Shown piece by piece: positions 25,033 to 36,736 of a stretch of 64,000 nt of DNA (its first letter is position 1; every line of letters starts with the position of its first letter). The DNA is taken from positions 65,536,001-65,600,000 of the forward strand of contig NW_024704743.1 in assembly GCF_018977255.1 (NCBI RefSeq), given 5' to 3'. The stretch is from Callorhinchus milii (taxonomy: Eukaryota). Made by a program: the position numbers and the translations under genes. Below the pieces are notes generated by a model. That model made no database searches and was not told where the DNA came from. It worked only from the letters and a program-made list of their open reading frames with translations.

Positions 25033-26346
25033 TTCTAGTTTACATCTTTGGACAGAACCAATGTTAATAAACTAATTTTTCCACAATTATTACTGTAGTT
25101 ACGATTTTCTGACAGCAGTTTAATTGTGTTTGTATCAGGATTTCTCTCCTCTTGTGCCTCCTTATCGAGCCAGAAACCCTTGAGCAGAAGGAACAGGATT
25201 TAATATCCTTGTGCTGCCAAGCTCTGTGTTTTCCTCTGCCTGTTTCTATGGAGATTTGTTGCATTAAAGAACAAGGTTTATTTTAACTTTCTCGCTCCAT
25301 TTGATCAGGTGATGGTCTGAGCAAGGTTAAAGCCCAGGGTTCATTTCCTACAAAAACTCAAGCTGTTAGCATAGGAACACAGGGAATTAGATCTTTGGAA
25401 TCAAATTACTGTCTCGGGAGCTCCAAAGCAATTGTGTGCATTTAAATAAAGGTTTTAAGAAAAGCCACCTCTTATCTTTCAGGTAGCAAACGTAAAACGA
25501 TGGGAAGTGATTTTAGTGACCAGATGCTCTTGTATCTCAGTTGATCATTGTGGACATTCCTGACCTCAAAACTTTCCTTTAGCCTGTGGATGAGACCTTT
25601 AAAGTATGCGGATTTGATTTCTTGTTTTGATAACATGAGGATTCAGTGTCCACCTTTCCTTTTTGTGTTTGCCCCCGAGACCTACTGCAGTTGTGATCAG
25701 AGGCCACAAATGGGGGGGTTGGATAGGGGCGGGAAAGTGTTCTTTTTTATATGTAGAACAGAGCATGTTTACCCACTGTCAGAGCAACCTGAAGGGAACT
25801 GGCCCATGGGAGAACTGCTGTGCAAATAGATTTGGCTCTGGCTTTGGACAGTGTTCAGGTTAGCTTTTTCAAGAGCTGTTTTAATCCGCAGTCATTTGCT
25901 AGAAGTTCAGATGCCTTCTGAGCTCCTTTCAGGTCATGTGTGAATACAGCTGCTGGACACGTACTCACCATTTTTATTTTTCTCTGGAGCCTCTGGATGC
26001 ATATGCTGGTCAATGTGAGGAAACGTAGGTTACACAGTTATGATTCCTCAGCTTGCTCAGGGTTAAAGCTTAAGAGTTGTGAGGATTATTCATTGTCTGA
26101 GAGTCCTGTCCAACCCCACTCACTACAAGTGGTAAACTCCACATGACTGAACAGGGCCCCATGTGAGACTTCACTCATCTATAAAATGGTAGCTACTTGA
26201 ATTTTCTGGAGATCTTTATGTTTTTCAATTGAGTACAAGTGTATGAAATAATTTGTTGCTCGACCTTGTAAAATACGTGGCAAAGCAAAATTTTTTATAA
26301 TATGTTAATCTGCCACGCCAATTTTGTTTCTTCTTTTATTTTACAG

Positions 26347-26388
26347 CCAGACAACTCGGATTCAAATTTAAGCCATGTAACCAGTCCG
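26347..26388 (+). CDS. TNS3: TNS3 linker exon PDNSDSNLSHVTSP, phase 0-0
   Basis: Long polypyrimidine tract ending ttttacag|, 42 nt open, donor CCG|gtaggt. Frame is compatible with both neighbours. I cannot confirm protein homology. Confidence 0.65.
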
Positions 26389-26549
26389 GTAGGTAATGTT
26401 TGACTTTATTGTTGAATCAGGATTTAATCAAAGTTCATGTTTCAACTTGAGTGCCAGATTTACACATGTTAAAACAGTTTCTCCCCTGTAACAATGGAAG
26501 TGGCTCCTCTACAGATGCTGAACATGCTGGGGTTCCTAAGAAAACCTGC

Positions 26550-26740
26550 AACTAATAATTTCTGGGATTAGATAAACGGGGTGCGTCCCTCCGGGGATAA
26601 ATGTGTGCACTCCATTCCAGACACGGGGAAATATCCATGCAGTTGTGGAACTCTGTCTAGTTTGGATATTGTTAAGCGTGGCATTGGGTTTCTGAATATA
26701 TTAAAAACTCGGCTGATCAAAACAAAATCAGTGCACAGAG
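26550..26740 (+). repeat. Copy of unrecognised dispersed repeat (family X), 3' part
   Basis: Aligns by eye with 29888-29980, with the reverse of 59370-59556 and with the reverse of 63880-64000. Confidence 0.75.
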
Positions 26741-27521
26741 CAGGACTGTAGTTACAGGCATTGACTCGTACCTTGAGTCACCTTTCATTGATAATTAGAG
26801 CAGATTATCTGTACTTGTTAAGTGAGCGAATATCCTTTTATTCACTTGTTTGCAATGCTTTATCGCCAAACCTCTGCAACTGTATATATTTTTTGTTGTG
26901 ACACAATCTGCAATACTCTGTAGTACATGTTGTTTGCTTATATAGATATTGAGCTTCGCAAGGCTAGAGTGCTGCATGGAAATAGAAACCTTTTTGCACC
27001 CAAGGTATAACTCCTTGCTCAGAGGGAAGTTTCTTATCCTCTTGTCCATAAATTTACTGAGCTTCAGAGTGGCACCTCATAATGGGGAACTCACATGATA
27101 AGCCCACACCAAATATTAGTAAATGTGTGCACGATGAGAAACTTTCACCCTCACCATTGAGATCAAGCAGTCAATTAGATATAGAGCAAACTCTTTTGTA
27201 TTCCAATCTAAATTGCTTTAGCCCCCACTTCTCCCAGAATAGTGTGTGATAACTTGCCATGCAGCTAACCCTGCTGATGTGGGACGTGCAAGCACTTTGA
27301 CAGTTTAATGCCAAATTAAGGAAGTTTTGCATGCCCTCTAGGGACAGGATATGTATTGACACTGCTTAACCCCATTGACCTTTCAACTAACTGACAGATA
27401 AAGCCTTAATTCCATCATTTGTGGATTGGAGCACATGTGTACCTTTGCTTAAAATAGTACTGTGTGGGAAACTTTGGTGCACTGTAGGACAGACACTGGT
27501 CTATCATCTCTGGGATCATTG

Positions 27522-27848
27522 TGGAGCCCTGGAGCTCAGTGGTTAAAGCACTCGCCTCTCAAGCGAGAGACCTGGATTCAATTCCCAGCAGGGTGAAACT
27601 TTGGGGAAGTTTCCTTACTCCATATGCCTCTGTTTACCTCGCAGTAAGTAGGAACCTAGCAGCAAGTAGGAACAATTGGTAACTCAATCCTGGACTGTTT
27701 GTGGGACACTGCTGTGTATAATTGGCTGCTTCATTTCATCTGCAAAATATACAGTCAATTCACTTTACAGTATATTCTGTGAAGCGCTTTGAGACATCTT
27801 GAAGACGTGATAGGGCGCTATACCAAATGCAAGGATTATTATTATCAT
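27522..27848 (+). mobile_element. tRNA-headed SINE, long variant, with an internal deletion and short duplication
   Basis: gagctcagtggttaaagcactcgcctctcaagcgagagacctggattcaattccc; gcagtaagtaggaac occurs twice (second copy gcagcaagtaggaac). Confidence 0.9.
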
Positions 27849-29584
27849 TTGATGTAGTCCTGAAGTACAGTGGCTGCAGTGTTCAACTTGATTTGGACTG
27901 AAGCATTGGTGGATGTGTGACCACACAAGCAAGAGAGCAAAAAAATGCACCAAACTTGGTCCATACCTCACACTCCACTATCCATAATAATTGCACACAA
28001 ATAAGAACCACTTAGTCCCAGCACCAGACTGGTGCCCATGTAATCGCAGCCTCTTGTGAATCCCTAGTCCCAGCAGAGGATGAAAAAATCAGAAGGAGGA
28101 TTTGGAAGAGGAAACGGACAAAAGGTGATTTGTGTCTGACTTGACCCTGCGTGATGATGAAAGTGAGCCAAAGGGTCTATTTAATACAGAGACTGCAAAA
28201 ATAAACATCCTTGCTGTAAAACTTCAGGTGTGGAAATTTATGTGAGTGCTTGTTAACAGAAAAAAAATTGTTTTGAATATCACGGCAGTGTTTCACTTTG
28301 CAGTTAATGCGGAATTCTGTGTACTTAATCTCTTACTGTTTTACTAGCTGGCATTGCCTCCCCACCAAAGTCTGAAGTGGACACAATCTGGGGAAACGTT
28401 GAATGTTTCAGTGTTCCATACCTTGTAAACATATCAACAGCTCTTTGAAAGTAAAAATATAACAGTATACTTGAAAAACAGAATACTGATTTGCAGAGCG
28501 AGCTGCAATGTTTTTAGACTTCTTGATTAAACTGTTAATTTCAACTCAACCCATGGCAGATTTTTTTACTCTACTAATTAATACCTGCCAACATGACCTT
28601 TAAGTTTGTTCAAGCTTTTTTTTACTGTGACTCAGATTTCACTGGTTGGAATGTAGATGACTACAGTCAGTAAATTACTGGGCTAAATTAATTCTTCATT
28701 GCACATTGTGAAGGCCACCATTGAAGTGCAGGATTTTAGGACTGGTTACAAAAGAGACAAGCCACAAGATAAAGAGGAGTCATTACAGATCAGTGCACAT
28801 CGACAGCCATTGATGTTAAAGAATGAGATATAAGGGAGTGCTCGTTCTGCTTTGGCTCTGACCCAGGGATCTGCGTTTACTCTAGAGGTTGACGAGAGAA
28901 TGTTAGGTTTCACCATGTGCCTCATAAGTGCTACAGATGTGCCAGTGGATGCAGAAGACTCTTCAGCTCAGGCAGGCAGTTTTCTCTATCTCCAGGTCCA
29001 CATCTGAATTGGTACCTTTTTGAAACAATAGAGAAAGGGGGGAGGGGGGAGCTAGTAAAATATGGTATTCTGTGTTTCCTTTCTGGGCACAAGTTGTGAA
29101 TGTTATGCAAGTCCATTAGATGAATACTTGTCCAATATTTTGATATTGCAAAGCCCCCCTCCCCCTACCATTCACTCAGGCTTCTGCTCAGTAGTGATGT
29201 TTGCCTTTTGTGGAAGAAAGAGTTGATTAATCTGTATTTGTTACGTGTTGTGTGCTTGCATGTGTACACTAGGAGTAGATGTTTTACCAGAAGCAGTGCA
29301 AAGGATGATCGTGTCTCTGACAACGTACCATTCTGTTTTCTTTTCAGAAAAAACTTTTACCAGTGCTGTCATTATATCCGGCATATGCATGTCACACAAG
29401 TGAAGGAATGTGTACCTGCTGTACTCACTGATGCCACGTTACACCTGAACCCACTGTCAAACTAGAAGCTTTTGTGGCTGAAATAAGTTGTGTGTTTGTA
29501 GAGTAGTTGACGGAAAGTGAAATGAAACTTTGAGAAGCTTTTTGATCAGACATGTGATCTTAGAATAACACCTACTCTTAACCT

Positions 29585-29990
29585 GATATCAGCCTTTATG
29601 TCAGGAGATTGTGGGTTCAAGCTCTGGGTCCACAATACTCCAGGGCACCGCTGATGACAGACCAGCAAGCCTGGGTCATCGGGAGGACTTGGAAGGGCAG
29701 ACTGTGGGCATGGATTCTTTCCACTTGGCTCCTGTTAATCCTGCAAACCAAAGCTATAATTGGTCCTCACTGGTTAAGGAGTATGACAGTGCTTTTAATG
29801 GCAAGCTAAGTGGTGTTAGCAGTTAAACACCAGCAATACCCCAATGCACACTCTGGGATCTCCAAGCCTTGGATCTTCCCAACCTATACCTAATACTCTC
29901 CTGAATTAAGTTAGTAGGATGTGTCCCTCTGGGGAGAGAGTGCGCATTCCATTTCAAAGAGGGACATTTCCATTTGTAGGTGAAAGAATT
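29585..29990 (+). mobile_element. Family X copy with tRNA-like head (putative SINE)
   Basis: B-box-like gtgggttcaagctc near 29610-29625; body homologous to the reverse of 59480-59675. Confidence 0.6.
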
Positions 29991-30227
29991 TTCCAGAGTG
30001 CTACAAAACCTTCAAGTTTAATAGAAAATGTTTCTATAGGTATAGGTATAAGCCTTGGTGGATTTTCTGCCTTATGGGTTACAGAATAATCAGAAATCTA
30101 CATTATTACAAGCTTCATAAATCCTTTCCTCTTTGCTGTCGCCAGCTGAAAATTAAGGAGTTTTAAGAAATTAAAATTTGGAGTGTTTTGTATATATTTA
30201 TTTTTATTGGGTCCTTTTAGATAGTCT

Positions 30228-30485
30228 TAGGAACATAGCATAATAAAAACAGGTGGAAGCCATTCAGTCCATCGAGCCTGTTCCATTAGTTTATTAAATC
30301 TTGCTAGATCTTTTATTCCCAATACCCCTTAATCCTCTACTACATAAGTATCTGTCCATCTCTCGTTTAAACATTCCTATTGATTCCACCTCCTGCTTCT
30401 TTCTGAACATTCAGAAGATTCATTCCACACCTTCACTGCCCTCTGGGACAGAACATTCCACACCTTCACTGCCCTCTGTGTCCAC
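30228..30485 (-). mobile_element. CR1 3' end containing a local tandem duplication of a 25-bp motif
   Basis: gccattcagtccatcgagcctgttcc; cattccacaccttcactgccctctg at 30421 and 30454. Confidence 0.75.
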
Positions 30486-31257
30486 AGGTTTTGACTCGCT
30501 CTTTATCTGGGCTCTTGTACAGCCTGAGAATAGAGCAGATAATAAGGGAGAGATAAGTGAGGACACTCTGTCTGTAAAGTAAAGAAAGAAATGGATGTTT
30601 TATATCTCTCTGAGTTGGGGATTAGTGTTTACACTGACACTTAAAAGTAAAGAATCACTTTGTTTTATCTGCTGATTATTTATAAATTGGGAATGAAGTG
30701 TAAGGGAATCCTTTCCCCTTTGCACTTCAAAATAGCTGCATTATTCACAGCATAGGCTCACAGACTATAAAAACCTGTGCAAAGATGGAACTTGTATCCT
30801 GGAATTCACAGTATTCATGGCTCACGCAGATCGTTCTTTCAAGGTCTACATGGTCAATACTTTGACAAGGGAGATTCACATTTCGCATTTCAAAGTGAAG
30901 GAGATGCAAGAGCTCATAATGTTTTAACCAGAAAATGAAAATCCAGACACTATAGGTGTAAATGGTTCATACTCAAAAGTATCCAAGCAAGATTTGAGCC
31001 ACTGTTTGTAGTTTGCAAATGTTGGATTGTGAAATTGGCAAATCTCAAGCCAGGAAAGGCATTTTTAATCAGCATTTTTCTCACTGGCTAGTTTTCGGAT
31101 TTCCTGGTGTGGGGTTTGCAAATCATGCAATGTGTTATTCACAAGTGGGCAGTCACAATCCAGTTTCCAAATATTATATGTTGAACCCTCACCCCCATTA
31201 TACATCCATTTGTGGTTCGATGCCAACTGAAATAATGCTTTCTTTTAATAATGGCAG

Positions 31258-31310
31258 GTCTCGAACACGTTTCTGAAAAGTTCATCCCTCATTCACAATA
31301 AATCATCTCA
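31258..31310 (+). CDS. TNS3: TNS3 linker exon VSNTFLKSSSLIHNKSS(Q), phase 0-2
   Basis: ggcag| 53 nt |gtaagt. It ends in CA, which joins the single leading G of exon 36565 to form CAG in frame. Confidence 0.65.
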
Positions 31311-31799
31311 GTAAGTATTGAAAAGAATACTTTCTAATTGTAACAAACCCAAAGAAGAGTATTTGGTATTGTATTTGGGGCTGTGTTGAGTTGGTATTTG
31401 GGTGTTAAGCTCTCTGAGATTTTATCTTGTATGAGGAGCGCTATATAAATGCAAGTTGTTGTTGAGATGTTTTATGACATTATAAAATGTATGATTGGGC
31501 AAGCCAAATTAGAGCATATGAAGCATTTTATAAATCTATGAGGGCTCCACCAGACAGCCTCATCTTCTTAGCATTCAGGCATTCAGATACAGCGTTAACT
31601 ATCAATTGTTGAACCAGGGTTGTCTTATTTATCAGCACAGTTAAATCAATAAAGCAATCTGTCCTTGGTTCAGCTGTCTCCACCTGCACCATGTTATTGT
31701 GTACATATTTCACCAAAGCAAAAATGTTGTAACTGACTGCATGCCCTATTGCATTCTCTGTTCAACATCTGTGAGCACACAATTGAGCACACAATTATA

Positions 31800-32780
31800 A
31801 CAGTAATAATAATAATCTACATTTGGTATAGCGCCTTTTAAGTCAGGAGAATGTCTCAAAGTGCTACATGGGATTTTATGTATGTAAGAATGTGTATTTG
31901 TAAGTGAATGTGGCAGCCTATTTATACACAACAATGTCCCACAAATAGCCAGAAGGTGAATAACCAACTTTATTTTGGGGTTTGATGGCCTGGACACGGG
32001 CCAGGAAGAAAGAGGGAGTTGTATGAATAACAATTACTTTTGAGAATGCTGCACCTATTTTACTTGCTTTGTATTAATTTATAATAATAACCCTTGCATT
32101 TGATATAGCATCTTATCACATCGTCAAGATGTCTCAAAGTGTTTCACAGGATAAACTTAAAATGGTGTGACTTTGTGTATTTTATGGGCACACGCGGCAG
32201 TCAACTTGCCAGCTGTGGACTCGATATAAAAACGCAAGCTTTCTCACTCCTCTGCAGAATAAATTTGAATCTTTTAAGGAAATCTTTGCTGTTCAATAAA
32301 CAGTGAAGCTTTGAGGATGCTTTATGATGAGATGTATTGCGTGTATTGGGATGTTCAGCTGTAGAATAGTAAGTGTGTTAATTTAATATCTCAATTAATT
32401 GCTAAAAATTGAATATTTGTTACTTTCTGTTTGCATCCTTTGCATTGTCAGATGAAGTGTTTCACCTTGTTTATAGCTCAAATTAACAATATCTCATGAC
32501 GTTCAATCGAGTTCCCATCTACCTCTTCACGTGGGCATTAAAGATCCTTAAAAAATGAAGGATGTTTTTCTTGGTGTCCTGGCCAAAAATGTACCAGATA
32601 GATTTGGTCATTCACATTTTATGGCTGTTTGTGGGGCATTTCTGTGGCCAAATTGTCTGCCGATGTTTGCCTATAAAATATATCACTACACTTTACAAAG
32701 CACTTTGTAAAGTGTTTTGAAAAGTTCTCGATATTCTAGGTGCTGTACCAAGTGTAAGGATTATTTTATTTTTATTATCA
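31800..32780. mobile_element. DeuSINE and SINE-tail fragments (about 31800-32000 -, 32080-32215 -, 32480-32775 +)
   Basis: Tail and Deu motifs present in both orientations. Confidence 0.7.
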
Positions 32781-34160
32781 CCTTAGTAGAGCACCACTTG
32801 TTGTTTTCTTTTTCTACTGTCTTAAGCAGGTTTAAAGTAGCAAATTATTAACAGTTTGGAAATTTTTCTATTACAAAATTAACAGAGTGCGACAGATGGT
32901 TCCTACAAGTACAGTCTTTAAGTATGAATTTAAGGTCAGCAAATAAAGGGTTGCAGAAATCAGGATGTTTGCTTAACTAGAATTGCCTGAAATAGTTTGC
33001 AAGCTGTTGGGTTTCACATTATGCAACAAACTATCCATATATTGACAACAAATCCATCAACTTTATCTGGAAAATGACGTGTTCATTGGCTCAGGTTAAC
33101 GTAAAAGCAATATCTTAGACATGCAAAATTTAGAACCATGGAAATGTACGTCACAGCAGCAAACTATTCTGCTCATTTTCCTGTCAGTATTCCAAGATGC
33201 CGTTCTTCTTAATCCCAATTCCCCACTCTTTTCCCAAACTCTCTAATGCCTCCATCAATTCTCCTTGAACAAAGTCCCTGACAAATCTTTCCATACCCTG
33301 GTATGGGGTCTGGAAGAAGTTTAAGTATTGTATATTTCAGTTTCCTTTGTCCTAAAATGTACCCCTTCACTTTTCTATGTTCATTTTACAGAAATCTGCC
33401 CACTTCACTAAGCTGTCAATGTCTGTCTCTAGTTTTGTGTACCTTTCGTCTCTGTTAACAACACTTGCCAATTTAGTATTGACAGAAAATATAGATATTA
33501 TTCCTTCAACTCCTACATCCAGAAAGAGAGAGAGAAAACAAGAGAGATGCCAACACTGATCCCGACAATTAATTTTCTGCTCTCTTTGACTGAGGGAAGA
33601 AGTTATACAAGTGGGCCATTACCGAAATTTACATTGAATGACAACAATAGAATGAAATGATTTATAAACCAGTGCGATGTATACTTATTGTTTAAATTCT
33701 GGGAAATGAATCTTTAAAGGAATTACAGAATTATAACTTCATTTAATTTCATCTACTTGTCCTTTTTAAAGGGACCAGTTTGCAGCAGTGTGTTAACAAG
33801 TACTGTGCCAACACGATATTGGTGTAAGAACACACTGTGCCAATGTTATTTAATCCTGGTTTGGAGGGGTATTTGGTGCAGCCTTCAGACTTCTTCTTAA
33901 CATAGAGAGAATGAAGTCAGAAACCGCGAGGCACAGGGCAGCTCTTGTACACCTCCTAATGGTCTCTTTTAGACCAGCAATATCACAGGTTTGAGGTTAC
34001 CCTGTTTCCTAAACTTTTCAGAGAATTTTGCTCAAGGTGAGGAATGAGAAGAGATGAAAATTATTGGATTCCAAAGAAATCACCAACAGACTATGCATTG
34101 GTGTTTAGTAATACAGCAGTCTCACTCATCTATAGCTCATGGTATACACTGCAATAATAA

Positions 34161-34469
34161 AAATAATAATCCTTGCATTTGACATAGCGCTTTTCACGTC
34201 TTCTATACGTCACAAAGCGCTTCACAGAATATACTGTAAAGTAATTGAATGTACATTTGTGGGTGAAACGCGGCAGCCAATTGCGCACAACAGTGTCCCA
34301 CAAACAGTCATGGATTGAAGTGACCAATTTATTATTTTTTTTTCTTGAGGGATTATTATCAGGCGTGTGGAGTAAGGAAACTTGGCCAAGGTTTTGTCCT
34401 GCTGGGAATCGAACCCAAGTCTCTCGCTTGCGAGGCGAGTGCTCTAACCACTGAGCTACAGGAGTCCAC
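34161..34469 (-). mobile_element. tRNA(Ala-like)-headed SINE, short variant, full length
   Basis: The reverse reads tcctgtagctcagtggttagagcactcgcctcgcaagcgagagacttgggttcgattcccagcagga. Confidence 0.93.
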
Positions 34470-36094
34470 GTAGCTCAATGACACTGTAGTGCAGGGAGCG
34501 CGTTACATTGACTGAAACAATATGCTTTGGATGAGGTGTTAATCATCTACCTGATCAGGTGGGCATTAAAGATTCTTCTTATATCGACTAAAATTCCTAT
34601 GTGAGGTGCAAGATTCAAATTAGGTTAGTCAAACTCAACGTGTGCCGTAAACAAGGCATTTTTAATTACCTTAAGTTACAATTTGATGATAATGATTCAT
34701 ATCAAAATGATGCATTATATTCTTTAGAAAGGAGTCATTTGCTGTACGAACCTGTTCCAATTATTTGTAAAGGAAAGTGGTTGTTGGCAGCAGTTTTTGT
34801 TTTGTTGTTAGGAAACTGAAGGTTAAATATATAAACTATGGTTTAATTTATCATACAAGTATGACATTGCTCTGCATCCTTTCTCTTTATCTCAAACAAT
34901 AGAAACGAAAAAGCAATGCCTTTCAATCACCAATTTCAGTTTACTATTTGTCATTCACACTACATGTACTTATTGGACTGTGACAGTATAAACAGAAACT
35001 GCTGGTCAGTTAGCTGTTAGGTACAGGATAAATAACAGCAAGCGTTATTGTGAAAACCCATTGCACAAGGTGAAAGAATACATAAGTTGTGTATTTCCAG
35101 AGTAACAAATTAAATTATTTTTTATCACTTTCAAGTAGTTTTTTTGCCGAAGTGTTAGCTTGGCTCAATGAAGTTCCCACTGCATTATTTGAAAAGAGAA
35201 GGACATTTCTCCTGGAAACGTGATTAACTCTGGATAAATTGGTCATTCGTTCCATGACTGTTTGCAGGATCTTGTTGTGTGCAAATTGGCTGCCATATTT
35301 GTCTACAAGTGCACAGTCACGACACTTGTCAGAAATGATCTTTTAAGTGGTTTGCGATATTTTGACATTATATTTTCTATCAACAATTTTTAAAAAAACT
35401 TATTTATCTGCTGGAAAACTAAAAAAAATCTGCTGGTGCCCATCTGGTGATGTGATTTTGTTGAGGAGAGCAGGGATATGGCCAAACACTTTAGGGATAA
35501 ATATGTGCCTGGAATCTGAGTGCAATTGTTCATGGGAAATCTATAGTATTCCCATGACTATCTTATTTGTTACATTGAGTTTGGCAAGGAAGACAGATAG
35601 ATTTTCACTGTTTCCAGTCAGGTTCCCGCACACTAGAACTCCATTCCCAGGAACTCCATTCGACTTGCTCCTTCCCTATTTTAAGGAAGGCCTCAAAACG
35701 TACCTCTTTAACCAAGCTTTCGGTCATCTTTCCCTCTTCACCCTCTCAGTTCCCACCCTCTGCTCTGGTGCCCAGTTAGAATTGTCAAGCATTTTGTCAA
35801 GCACATCCACCTGACATGAAGGGTTCGTATATAAGTGTACATTGTATTGTAAGTCTTATGACAATGACACTTTTGTAAAAACTCCTGCGTCAATGAGACT
35901 GTCTCTGGTAGCCCAACCAGAAAATGGCCAGCAGTTCCGTAATTAAGGTAGAGACTCCAGAAGTTTAGGTTGTCTACAGATGGAAAGCTATCAACGTCTT
36001 GTTCTTTGCGGCTTGTGGCCGTCTCTTGTACGTGAAGTGCCACCAGAAATCTTTGTACAATTGCCTTGATGGTCAATGAGAAAAGACGCTTACT

Positions 36095-36480
36095 CTAAAA
36101 GGTTGCAGGTTCAAATCCAAGAATATGCTGAATTCGCTGAAGTAAACAGGGCAGCAGTGCCCCTGGGCTCGGTGGTGGTGACGGGTGGGGGGAAGAGTCA
36201 TAGAATCATAGAATCATCCTTAGTTTCTGATCCTAATCACTATCCAAAGACCGCTGGTGGAAGGTGTCCACGTCTGGATATTGAAAGAGGACAGGATTTG
36301 GCTTGGCTGTGATACATTCTGGGGTAAAAGAGGCTGCTATCGTTGCATCGCCGTCCAGAATTACACGTGAATAATGGAGACTTGAGAGAGGTACACGAGA
36401 CAGACACTTGACAGGGATGCCTGTTGTCTGTGAAGCCATACCTCAGTATAGGGTCAAATGCCTTCAGGAGGAGAGAAAGT
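36095..36480 (+). mobile_element. Ancient tRNA-headed SINE (AmnSINE2-like from memory), near full length
   Basis: B box caggttcaaatcc, ctaatcactatcca, gaggacaggatttggcttggctgtgat, ending gccttcaggaggagag. Confidence 0.65.
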
Positions 36481-36564
36481 TAGCAAAACTAAGGAGATAT
36501 TGTTGAATTGTGATGAACCAATGTGATTTACATAAAAAAATTATATTTATCGTTTTGTTTACAG

Positions 36565-36736
36565 GAGTGTGGAATCGGGTCAGATTATGGAGGAGGGTTA
36601 CGAGCTCGATCTTACTTACATTACGGAACGCATTATTGCAGTGTCTTTCCCTGCTGCATGTTCAGAAGAAACCTATCTCCACAATCTACAAGATGTAACA
36701 CGGATGCTTAAATCCAAACATGGAGATAACTATTTG
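36565..36736 (+). CDS. TNS3: TNS3 exon SVESGQI-MEEGYELDLTYITERIIAVSFPAACSEETYLHNLQDVTRMLKSKHGDNYL (PTP domain start; short-isoform ATG at 36587)
   Basis: ttttgtttacag| ... TTG|gtaaga; contains the PTEN/tensin DLTYITERIIAVSFP motif. Confidence 0.97.

Noticed and set aside
25715..25740. GC box (GGGGCGGG) as an internal promoter
   Set aside because: Single motif, no CpG island and no other support.
30421..30478. Spaced direct repeat resembling a CRISPR unit
   Set aside because: Only two copies with an 8-nt gap inside a CR1 fragment in vertebrate DNA; a local duplication.
34394..34465. tRNA-Ala(CGC)-like cloverleaf on the minus strand
   Set aside because: The acceptor stem is only about 5 bp and runs straight into a SINE body. 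It is a SINE head, as at 21602, 27522 and 61847.
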